From: an uncultured Acidobacteriota bacterium
Lineage (GTDB): Bacteria > Acidobacteriota > Thermoanaerobaculia > Multivoradales > UBA5704
Direction of reading: 5' to 3'
DNA length: 64,000 nucleotides
Assembly: GCA_963799925.1 (NCBI GenBank)
Contig: CAWCYZ010000002.1
Location: 1,233,025-1,297,024 of the forward strand
The position numbers were made by a program, and so were the translations under genes. This document shows positions 51,472-59,784 of this stretch, piece by piece; position 1 is the first letter of the stretch; every line of letters starts with the position of its first letter. The notes under the pieces are model-generated. The model searched no databases, was not told where the DNA came from, and was given only the letters and a program-made list of their open reading frames with translations.

Positions 51472-52058
51472 ATCTCGCGCCGCCCGGCCAGCGAGCGGCC
51501 GAGCGTCACCTCGTCGGTGTACTCGATGTCGCCGCCGACCGGCATGCCGAAGGCGAGCCGGGTCACCCGCATGCCGCGCGTCTTCAACAGCCGGGCCAGG
51601 TAGAGCGCCGTCGCCTCGCCCTCGACGTTGGGGTTGGTGGCGAGGACGATCTCCGCGATTCCGTCGAGCCGCTCGAGGAGGCCGGGGATGGCGAGCCGGT
51701 CGGGGCCGATGCCGCGGTGTGGGGAGAGCGCCCCGAGGAGCACGTGGTAGAGCCCGCGGTACTCGCCGGTGCGCTCGAGGGGCTCGATGTTGAACGGCTC
51801 CTCGACGACGCAGAGCAGCGTCCGGTCACGCTGCGGGTCGGCGCAGATGCGGCAGGGGTCGACGGCGGTGATCGAGTTGCAGCTCGAGCAGTGGAAGAGC
51901 TTCTCCTTGACCTCGACGATCGCCGCGGCCAGAGCGTGCGCCTCCTCGGCGGAGACCTTGAGGAGATAGTGGGCGAGCCGGTTGGCCGTCTTGGGGCCGA
52001 TGCCCGGCAGGCGGGCGAGCTCGCCGACCAGGCGGGCCAGTGGATCGGGCGTCGTCAA
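51468..52058 (-). CDS. recR: recombination protein RecR
   Basis: LARLPGIGPKTANRLAHYLL (HhH), CSSCNSITAVDPCRIC (zinc finger), and the Toprim region LLCVVEEP...IVLATNPNVEGEATA.Y. Confidence 0.95.
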   Translation of the reverse strand: MTTPDPLARLVGELARLPGIGPKTANRLAHYLLKVSAEEAHALAAAIVEVKEKLFHCSSCNSITAVDPCRICADPQRDRTLLCVVEEPFNIEPLERTGEYRGLYHVLLGALSPHRGIGPDRLAIPGLLERLDGIAEIVLATNPNVEGEATALYLARLLKTRGMRVTRLAFGMPVGGDIEYTDEVTLGRSLAGRREM

Positions 52059-52061
52059 CGG

Positions 52062-52358
52062 TTAGAACAGACCGGGCAGACCCGCGGTGATCGCCCCCAC
52101 CCGGCCCTGCATCGTCTCTTCGAGCTTGCGCCCCGCCTCGTTGACGGCGGCGACGATCAGGTCCTCGAGCATGCTCGGATCTTCCTTGTCCATCACCTCG
52201 GGATCGATCTTGACCGACAGGAGCTGCTTGTGGCCGCTCAGCCTGACCGAGACCATGCCGCCGCCGACGCTCGCCTCGACCACCGTCTCGGCCAGCTCGC
52301 GCTGCAGCCTCTCCTGCATCTCCTGGGCTTGCTTCATCAGCTGTCGCATGCTGCTCAT
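52062..52358 (-). CDS. ybaB: YbaB/EbfC-family nucleoid-associated protein
   Basis: 98 aa. MRQLMKQAQEMQERLQRELAE..VEASVGGGMV.V...G......KIDPEV.D.ED..MLEDLI.AAVNEA. Canonical position between dnaX and recR. Confidence 0.93.
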   Translation of the reverse strand: MSSMRQLMKQAQEMQERLQRELAETVVEASVGGGMVSVRLSGHKQLLSVKIDPEVMDKEDPSMLEDLIVAAVNEAGRKLEETMQGRVGAITAGLPGLF

Positions 52359-52365
52359 ATTCTGC

Positions 52366-54158
52366 TCAATCCTCTCTTCCGATCGCGGGAAAGCTTCCGT
52401 GTTCCTCCACCTTCTCGACGCGGCCGCCGAAGATGTCGAGGACAGTCTGAATGGTGGGGTTGGCCTCGACCAGCTCGAGCTTGACCGTCGAGAGGTCGGG
52501 CGCGATCGCGGCGGCCGTCCGCTGGCCCGCGCCGGCGAGCAGGGTGAATCCGGTCCCCGCGCCCCAGGCGTGGGCGAGCGCCTGCTCCAGGACCTCGCGG
52601 TTGTTGCCGCGGTCGAGGCGCTGCGGCAGCCAGGGATCGCCGGATGAGTGGACGATCACCAGCCGGCCGTCCTCGAAGCGCAGGTCCTCGGCCGCCCGCA
52701 GGTGGGCGGCGAGCGGCTGCTTGAGCTTCTCGAGCTCCTGGAGGAAGGCCTCGAGGCGCTCGCCGCCCCGCGAGTCGCGGGCGGGAGCGGCGGCCGGCAT
52801 CGCGGGCTCGGGGGCGGCCGCGCGGTGCGGCGCGGGCCGATCGGTGAGCGCTTCGCGGCCGCGAGCTTCCGCCGGCGCTTGCGGAGCGGCGGGGGTGCGC
52901 CGGCGGCAGCGGTGTGAGCCGCCGGAGGCGGGGATGGCGCTCCGGAAGCTGCCGAAGCCATGGCGCGCGGCGCCGTCCGAGCCGCCGGAGGGGGAGCGGG
53001 CAGCGCGACCGGGCGTCCCCCGACCGGTCCCGCCGGCGCCAGGCCGGAGAGCAGCTCCTCGATCCGGGTGAGCTTCGGCAGCTCGGCGGCGCGCAGCCAG
53101 GCGATCTCGACGGCGAGCGCGCCGGCCTCGCTGCGCCGCACCATCTGCTCGCTGGCGAGAAGCTGCTGGAGGAGGCGCAGGAGGTTCTCGTAGCCCGCCG
53201 CCTTGGCCGTGGTGGCGAGGGCCGCCGCCTCCTCGCCCGGCAGATCGATCTGGCCGGGGTTGCCGCCCATGGCGAGGTGGAGGCCGTCGCGGCAGAAGGC
53301 GAGGAACTGGCCGTAGACGTGCCGCGGGTCCCAGCCCTCGTCCTCGACCCTGCCGATGGCGGCCGAGACCGCGGCGCCGTCCCCCCCGAGGATGCCGTGG
53401 AGGAGGCGGGCGAAGAGGGCGGTGTCGAGCCCGCCCAGGAGGCGGACCGCCTCCTCGTCGGAGATCGATCCCGAGCCGAAGGTGGCGAGCTGGTCCAAGA
53501 GCGCGACGGCGTCGCGGACGCTCCCCTCGCCCGCCCGCGCGATCAGGCGCAGGGCCGTGTCGCTCGCCTGGATCTCCTCGGAGCGGCAGATCTCGCCCAG
53601 GAGGGCGACGACCTCGGCCGCCGGCACGCGCCGGAAGTGGAACTCCTGGCAGCGCGAGAGGATGGTCGCCGGGACGGCCTCGATCTCGGTGGTGGCGAAG
53701 ATGAAGACGAGGTGGGGCGGCGGCTCTTCGACGATCTTCAGCAACGCGTCGAAGGCCTGGCGGGAGAGGCGGTGGATCTCGTCCAGGACCACCACCTTGT
53801 AGCGGTCGCGCGCCGGCCCGTAGCGGAGGCTCTCGGTGAGCTCGCGGACCTGCTCGACCTTCGAATAGGTGGCGGCGTCGACCTCGATGACGTCCATGTC
53901 CGCCCCGCGCGTGATCTCGACGCAGGCCGCGCACTCGTTGCACGGATCGGCCGCCGGCCCCCGCTCACAGTTGAGGGCCTTGGCGAGCACCCGCGCCGCG
54001 GTCGTCTTGCCGACGCCGCGGATCCCCGAGAACAGATAGGCCTGGGCGATCCGGCCCTCCTGCAGGGCGTTGCGCAGAGCGGTGACGATCGGCTCCTGGC
54101 CGACGAGGCTGGAAAAGTTCTGCGGGCGCCACTTGCGGGCGAGAACCTGGTAGGTCAT
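52366..54158 (-). CDS. dnaX: DNA polymerase III subunit gamma/tau; the tau C-terminal domain is reachable only via a -1 frame change at a homopolymer
   Basis: N-terminus MTYQVLARKWRPQNFSSLVGQE...FSGIRGVGKTTAARVLAKALNCE...CNECAACVEI...VVVLDEIHRLS...SRCQEFHF. The conserved C-terminus (ERLEAFLQELEKLKQPLAAHL...IQTVLDIFGGRVEKVEE) is in the frame of ORF 52366-53943. The junction maps to the G5 run at 52891-52895. Confidence 0.88.
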
Positions 54159-54169
54159 GACGACGGGGC

Positions 54170-54302
54170 GGCAGTGGCCGACGAAGGGTTCCGGTTGAGC
54201 TGCGGCACTCGATGCGCCGACCTTATCGCTGCTCCCTTCCGGGCCTGACGAGGTTCGGTGGCGACCGATGCACAGGACCCGAACCCTTCGTCCGCCACTG
54301 CC
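54170..54302 (-). ncRNA. ffs: signal recognition particle RNA (small/4.5S type)
   Basis: The minus strand reads GGCAGUGGCGGACGAAGGGUUC...GUCAGGCCCGGAAGGGAGCAGCG...GAACCCUUCGUCGGCCACUGCC. This gives a long closing helix plus the conserved domain-IV motif GUCAGG.CCGGAAGG.AGCAGC. It lies immediately upstream of dnaX, a common arrangement. Confidence 0.85.
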
Positions 54303-54362
54303 GGAAGGGTCATCGTATGTCCTGGGGTCGGGGATGTAAAGGTGGGTTGCCGGGGCTGAGAG

Positions 54363-54390
54363 CCCTCGCGCCCGCGAGAGAAAAGGAGAC
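54363..54390 (+). repeat. 28-bp direct repeat copy 1 (CCCTCGCGCCCGCGAGAGAAAAGGAGAC): palindrome CTCGCG-CC-CGCGAG plus an orphan Shine-Dalgarno
   Basis: Identical 28/28 to 58449-58476. No ATG/GTG/TTG occurs within 20 nt downstream of this copy. Confidence 0.9.
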
Positions 54391-54468
54391 GCGGCGGCCG
54401 GCTCGAGGCGGCTACCGTCTCGCTATACTCCGGGCCAGCTGCATTGTCCCGCAGGGGAGCTCCCGCCT

Positions 54469-55532
54469 ATGCCCATCCCGACCGAGCCGATCGGCAGTAT
54501 CCCGAGACCTCTGGAGCTGATCGAGGCGATCGCGGCCGCGGACGGCACGGACCCGCGCCTGGAACCGCTCTACGAGGAGGCGGTCCGCGACACCATCGAG
54601 CGCTTCGAGGCCACGGGATCGCCGGTCATCACCGATGGCGAGCAGCGGAAGTACCACAACTTCTGGACCTACTGCGTGCAAGGGATGCCGAACACGGCGC
54701 CGGACGGTTTCAAGATCCCGTTCTCGGCCGGCCACACGCGCCGGATGCTGCGCCTGACCGGCGGCCCTTTCCGCTACCGGCGGCACGGCCGACCGCTATC
54801 TGGACGCGGCCCTGCGCTATGCCCGCCGGCCGGTCAAGCAGGCGGTCATCTCGCCGTCGGCCTTGAGCCTCATGTACCCGGTCGACGAGATCCCCGGCTA
54901 TCCCCGCGAGCGGTTCATCGAGGACCTGCTGCGGGAGCACGAGGCGGAAGTCCGCCGGTGCCTGCAAAAGGGCGCGTACAAGGTCCAGATCGATTTCACG
55001 GAAGGGCGGCTGGCGGTCAAGATCGACCCTTCGGGAGATCTCCTCCACCGCTTCATCGACCTCAACAATCTCGCGCTGTCGCGGTTCTCCGCGGCGGATC
55101 GCCAGCGCCTCGGCGTGCACACCTGCCCGGGCAGCGACCGCGACTCGACGCACAGCGCGGACGTCGATTACGCCGAGCTGTTGCCCAGCCTGTTCCAGCT
55201 GAAGGTCGGGAGCTTCTACGTCGCCCTGGCGGGCGAGAAGGACCGCGTCCGCGTGCTGGAGATCATCCGCGAGCACCTGAAGCCGGGCCAGCGGGTCTTC
55301 GTCGGCGTCATCGCGCCGATCGACCCGCGCATCGAGACGCCGGAGGAGGTCCGCGACCGGGTGCTCGAGGCGGCCGAGTACATCCCGCTGCGAGCAGCTC
55401 GGGACCACGGACGACTGCGGCTTCTCCCCCTTCTGCGACGACACCACGACGATCCGCGACACGGCCTTCGCGAAGATCCGCGCGCGGGTGCTCGGCACGG
55501 CGCTCGCCGCGGCAGAGCTCGGGGTCGGCTGA
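54469..55532 (+). pseudogene. cobalamin-independent methionine synthase II (MetE C-domain-like, Meth_synt_2) family gene with two +1 frameshifts
   Basis: Three consecutive frames together read MPIPTEPIGSIPRP...VITDGEQRKYHNF...GGPFRYRRH / ADRYLDAALRYARRPVKQAVISPSALSLMYP...GVHTCPG...FYVALAGEKDR...VLEAAEYIPL / EQLGTTDDCGFSPF...AAELGVG*. The shifts are at about 54787 and 55391. Confidence 0.8.
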
Positions 55533-57907
55533 TGGCCGCCGACGACGACGAGGAACGGCGCCTGCGGTCGGTCGCGCTGCAGAACGCCCATGCCATCCTC
55601 CGCGCCCGGCAGCAGGCCGAGCGGGAGCTCGCCGCCGAGCGGGAGCGGCTGCGGATCACCCTCGCGAGCATCGGCGACGCGGTGATCAGCACCGACGCCG
55701 AAGGCCGGGTGACGTACCTCAACGGGGTGGCCGAGGCGCTGACCGGGTGGACCCAGGCCGAAGCCGCGGGCCGGCCCCTGCCGGAGGTCTTCCACATCGT
55801 CAACGAGCACACCCGCCAGCCGGCCGAGAACCCCGCCCTCCAGGCGCTGCGGGAGGGGGTGGTCGTCGGGCTGGCGAACCACACCGTCCTCATCGCCCGC
55901 GACGGGACCGAGCGGCCGATCGACGACAGCGCCGCCCCCATGCTGGACGAGTCCGGCGCCCCGGTGGGCGTGGTGCTCGTCTTCCGCGACGTGACCGAGC
56001 GCCGGCGGGCCGAGGAGGTCCAGGCGCGGCTCGCCGCCATCGTCGAGTCGTCCCAGGACGCGATCATCAGCAAGACCCTCGAAGGCGTCATCCGGACGTG
56101 GAACGCCGGCGCCGAGCGGCTCTTCGGGTACACGGCCGAGGAGGCCGTCGGCCGGCCGATCACGCTCATCATCCCCCGGAGCGGCTGGACGAGGAGGAGA
56201 TGATCCTCTCCCGGCATCGCTCGCGGCGAGCCGATCGAGCACTTCGAGACGGTCCGGGTGGCCAAGGACGGCCGCCGGCTCCACATCTCGCTCACCGTCT
56301 CCCCGGTCCGCGACGCGGAGGGCCGCATCATCGGGGCGTCGAAAGTCGCCCGCGACGTGACCGAGACGGAAGCGGGCGGAGGAGGCCCTGCGGGCCAGCG
56401 AGCTGCGTTTCCGCACCCTCACCGCCCATGCGCCCGTCGGCATCTTCATGACCGACCGGGACGGCGACTGCCTGTTCGTGAACGAGTGCTGGAGCGCGAT
56501 GGCCGGGCTGTCCCCCGAGGAGGCGCGGGGCGCCGGTTGGATCCGCGCCCTGCACCCTGACGACCGGGAGCGGATCTCTCGCGCCTGGTATGCCGCGGCC
56601 GAAGCGCGGCGGCCGTTCGCCGAGGAGTACCGCTTCCGCACGCCGCGGGGAGAGGTGACGTGGATCCACGGTCGGGCCGTCGAGCTCCTCGACGAGGCGG
56701 GACGGGTCAGCGGCTATCTCGGCACGCTCACCGACGTCACGCAGCGCCGGGAGGCCGTCGAAGCGCTCGAGGAGGCCGACCGCCGCAAGGACGAGTTCCT
56801 CGCCCTGCTGGCCCACGAGCTGAGGAATCCGCTGGCTCCGCTGCGCAACGGCCTCGAGGTGATGCGGCTGGCCTCCGGCGACGCGAAGGTCGTCGCGGCG
56901 GCGCAGGACATGATGGACCGCCAGCTCTCCCACATGGTGCGCCTGGTCGACGACCTGCTCGACGTGTCCCGCATCAGCCGCAACAAGATGGAGCTGCGCC
57001 GCGCCCGGGTGCTGCTCGCGGACGTGGTCCGCGGCGCGGTGGAGACCGCCCGTCCGGCGCTCGAGGCGGTCGGGCACGAGCTCACGGTCGCGCTCCCGCC
57101 GGAGCCGGTCGCCCTCGACGCCGACCTCACCCGGCTCGCCCAGGTGTTCGGCAACCTGCTCGACAACAGCGCCAAGTACACCGAGCCGGGCGGGCGCATC
57201 CGGCTCACCGCGAGGCGGGACGGCGAGCAGGTCCTGGTGGCGGTACGAGGACACCGGGATCGGCATCCCTGCCTCGGCCCTGCGGAGCATCTTCGACATG
57301 TTCAGCCAGGTGGACCGATCCATCGAGCGGAGCACGGGCGGCCTGGGAATCGGGCTCGCGCTCGTCAAGGGCCTGGTCGAGATGCACGGCGGGACGGTCG
57401 AGGCGGCGAGCCCCGGTCAGGGCCAGGGCAGCACGTTCACGGTCAGGCTGCCGGTCCTGCAGGACCGGGACGGAGCCGTCGTCCGGCGCGCCGGCCGGGG
57501 AAAGCACGGGCGCCGCCGCCTCGCGGAGGCGGCGCATCCTGGTGGTGGACGACAACCGGGACTCGGCGGAGTCCATGGCGCTGATGCTCGAGCTCCTGGG
57601 GAACGAGAACCGGACCGCGCACGACGGCCTCGAGGCGGTGGAGCTGGCCGAGCAGTTCCGCCCGCACGTGATCCTGATGGACATCGGGATGCCGAAGCTC
57701 AACGGCTACGAGGCGACGCGGCGCATCCGCGAGCAGCCCTGGGGGCGCGACATCGCCATCATCGCGCTGACCGGCTGGGGCCAGGAGGAGGACCGCCTCA
57801 AGTCCAAGGAGGTCGGCTGCGACGGCCACCTGGTGAAGCCGATCCAGCTGCTCGACCTGCAGAAGCTCCTGGCGGAGCTGCCGGGCGGCAGCGGCTCGCA
57901 GACCTAG
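55532..57907 (+). pseudogene. cytosolic PAS-PAS-PAS hybrid sensor histidine kinase / response regulator with at least five frameshifts
   Basis: The ATG overlaps the upstream TGA. PAS modules (ITLASIGDAVISTD..., IVESSQDAIISKTLEG.I..WN.GAE.LFGY, GIFMTDRDGDCLFVNECW), HisKA (DEFLALLAHELRNPL), HATPase (NLLDNSAKYT, [V]EDTGIGIP, GGLGIGLALVK) and REC (RILVVDDNRDSAE...ILMDIGMPKLNG...GCDGHLVKP) are spread over three frames. The shifts are at about 56173-56177, 56215, 56366, 57246 and 57440-57530. Confidence 0.85.
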
Positions 57908-58020
57908 CCCGGATTATTCATGAGCCGTCGTCCGCGGTGGCCGCGACCGCAGATTGCGCCGAACGGCAGGGTGTCATGAGGTGGCGAGCGGACCGCCCAG
58001 CGAACATTCCCACCCTGGGG

Positions 58021-58269
58021 GTAGAGACGCCCCAGTCCGTAACCACGGACCTCGCGGGTCCACTGACGTCGGGGCGTCTCTTTTCGGCCACGAATCGCCG
58101 TGCCTGCGGGATAACCCCCGCATGGGATCCATTCGTCTACCGCCGAGGCGTGCCGCCGGCGGCGTTGCCGCCGAGGCGTGCGCCGCCGTTGGTGGCCGTT
58201 GGTGGCGTGGAGACGCCCCGACGACGGCGGACTGAGCAGGTCCGTGGTCGGGGACTGGGGCGTCTCTAC
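58021..58269. repeat. REPIN/MITE-like element: two 57-nt palindromic units in inverted orientation (58024-58080, 58210-58266) around a 129-nt repeat-containing core
   Basis: Each unit is closed by GAGACGCCCC...GGGGCGTCTC. The outer 32 nt, GTAGAGACGCCCCAGTCCGTAACCACGGACCT, match the reverse complement of 58238-58269 at 28/32. The core holds CCGCCGAGGCGTGC x2 and GTTGGTGGC x2. Confidence 0.6.
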
Positions 58270-58448
58270 GGCGGCGGGTCCCAGCGCCGCGCCGGCTCCC
58301 GGGGAGTCAGCTCTCACACTCTTATCAATAGAGGCGGGCTCGACCGCGCTCGGTGCGCCGCCGGCTCGCGGCAGGGCTCCGGTCCTCGGACTCTTCGAAA
58401 GAGGCGGACGATAAAGGCTCTACCGCGTGTGTCACTGCCGGTCCGTAA

Positions 58449-58476
58449 CCCTCGCGCCCGCGAGAGAAAAGGAGAC
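58449..58476 (+). repeat. 28-bp direct repeat copy 2, providing the Shine-Dalgarno of the Cys-rich peptide gene
   Basis: Identical to 54363-54390. AAGGAG (58469-58474) lies 5 nt upstream of the ATG at 58480. Confidence 0.9.
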
Positions 58477-58479
58477 TCC

Positions 58480-58782
58480 ATGAAGCGCGTCCTGCTCGCC
58501 CTCAGCCTGACCGCCGTCCTCGCCGCTCCGGCCTTCGCCGCGTCCGCGTCCCCAGCTCTCCATCCAGCGACGGCCGCCGTCGCGGCGCCGGCGGCCGCCG
58601 GCCTCTTCATGCCGCTGGCGCCGCCGCTGCCGAGCTTCCTCGCCACCTCCGCGGCGGCGGATCGAACGGCGACCCAGGCCGGGGTCCTCTCGCACCCCTG
58701 CCCTCAGATCGGACCCACCTGCTGCGGCGTCCTGCGCGGACCCGACGGCTGCTTCTACTGCACCGATTACAGCTGCTTCTAA
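58480..58782 (+). CDS. small secreted protein with a 6-cysteine C-terminal module
   Basis: Strong SD. Signal peptide MKRVLLALSLTAVLAAPAFA, an Ala/Pro-rich spacer, then HPCPQIGPTCCGVLRGPDGCFYCTDYSCF*. It is embedded in a longer spurious ORF (57298-58782). Confidence 0.55.
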   Translation: MKRVLLALSLTAVLAAPAFAASASPALHPATAAVAAPAAAGLFMPLAPPLPSFLATSAAADRTATQAGVLSHPCPQIGPTCCGVLRGPDGCFYCTDYSCF

Positions 58783-58790
58783 CGGCACTA

Positions 58791-58820
58791 GGCCGCCGCG
58801 GCCGCCCGGCCGCGGTGGCC
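58791..58820 (+). terminator. GC-rich hairpin downstream of the peptide gene (no U tract)
   Basis: GGCCGCCGCGGCC-gccc-GGCCGCGGTGGCC (13 bp, one G.U). A second hairpin follows: GAGGCTGCC...GGCAGCCTC (58829-58868). Confidence 0.4.
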
Positions 58821-58920
58821 AAATGCTTGAGGCTGCCCGCCCGCCGCCGCGTCCTTCGCGGCAGCCTCGCCCGGCCGGCGGATTGCCGCGGTACGATGCA
58901 CGGGAGTCGGAGGAGGCGAA

Positions 58921-59439
58921 TTGGGACGTCCGGGAGCCGATGAGGCTGCACCCTACTACTTTCGTTACATCGACCTGGTGGCGGGCGATGACGTGGTCCG
59001 CTACCTCGCGGCGCAACTCGAGGCGGCCACGCCCGTCCTCTCCGGCATCTCGGAGGAGATGTCCCTCCACCGCTACGCGGCAGAGAAGTGGAGCATCCGC
59101 CAGGTGCTCTGCCACGTGAGCGACACCGAGCGGGTCTTAGCCTTCCGGGCCCTCTGGTTCGGCCGCGGCTTCGACACGCCTCTGCCGAGCTTCGACCAAG
59201 AGGTCAGTGCCGCCGGGGCGAGGGCCGACGAAGTGCCCTGGGCTCACCACGTCGAAGAGCTCCGCGCCGTGCGTCTGGCGACCCTGTCCCTCTTCCGCCA
59301 CCTGCCGGCCGAGGCGTGGGAGCGTCGCGGCATCGCCAGCGGCAACCCCTTCACCGTGCGCGCCCTGGCCTACCTCGCGGCCGGTCACCTCGCTCACCAC
59401 CTCGCGATCCTTCACGAGAGGTATCTCGGCGCGCCGTGA
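58921..59439 (+). CDS. DinB-superfamily (DinB_2) protein
   Basis: TTG start with GGAGGAGG upstream. W.IRQVLCHVSDTERV...(F)D..., and ...GHLAHHLAILHERY, the His triad of the DinB fold. Confidence 0.8.
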   Translation: MGRPGADEAAPYYFRYIDLVAGDDVVRYLAAQLEAATPVLSGISEEMSLHRYAAEKWSIRQVLCHVSDTERVLAFRALWFGRGFDTPLPSFDQEVSAAGARADEVPWAHHVEELRAVRLATLSLFRHLPAEAWERRGIASGNPFTVRALAYLAAGHLAHHLAILHERYLGAP

Positions 59440-59533
59440 TCCCACGGCTGAGCCCTCGCGGGCGTCTCCCCGGAGCTGGGTAGCCGAACGGTGATGCCGA
59501 AATGTCCTCTGGGTGGGTAAGCGTCGACTGCGA

Positions 59534-59623
59534 TGGCGGAGAGGGTGGGATTCGAACCCACGGACCGGTTGCCCGGTCAACGGTTTTCGAGACCGTCCCA
59601 TTCAACCACTCTGGCACCTCTCC
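59534..59623 (-). tRNA. tRNA-Ser (CGA), CCA encoded
   Basis: Minus strand GGAGAGGTGCCAGAGTGG...ACGGT-CTCGAAA-ACCGT, a long variable arm, GTGGGTTCGAATCCCAC-CCTCTCC-G-CCA. 90 nt. Confidence 0.93.
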
Positions 59624-59636
59624 GGGTTGCTGCGTG

Positions 59637-59727
<91 letters not shown>

Positions 59728-59784
59728 TGGTCTGAGAAAGAACGCGCCGCGGCGTCCCGTTTCGGGGACCGCGAGCCCCGCATC

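Noticed and set aside
52885-52900. Canonical programmed -1 ribosomal frameshift site in dnaX.
   Set aside because: There is no X XXY YYZ slippery heptamer (the sequence is GCA CCC CCG) and no obvious downstream stimulatory hairpin within 5-9 nt. It is kept only as a low-probability alternative in the findings.
54303-54468. TPP, cobalamin or SAM riboswitch upstream of the MetE-like gene (GGGGCTGAGAG resembles the THI-box CUGAGA).
   Set aside because: The rest of the THI-box (ACCC...GAACCUGAUC...GGGA) is absent. There is no B12 box (GCCACUG) and no SAM-I kink-turn/GA motifs. The CTGAGAG match is too short to mean anything.
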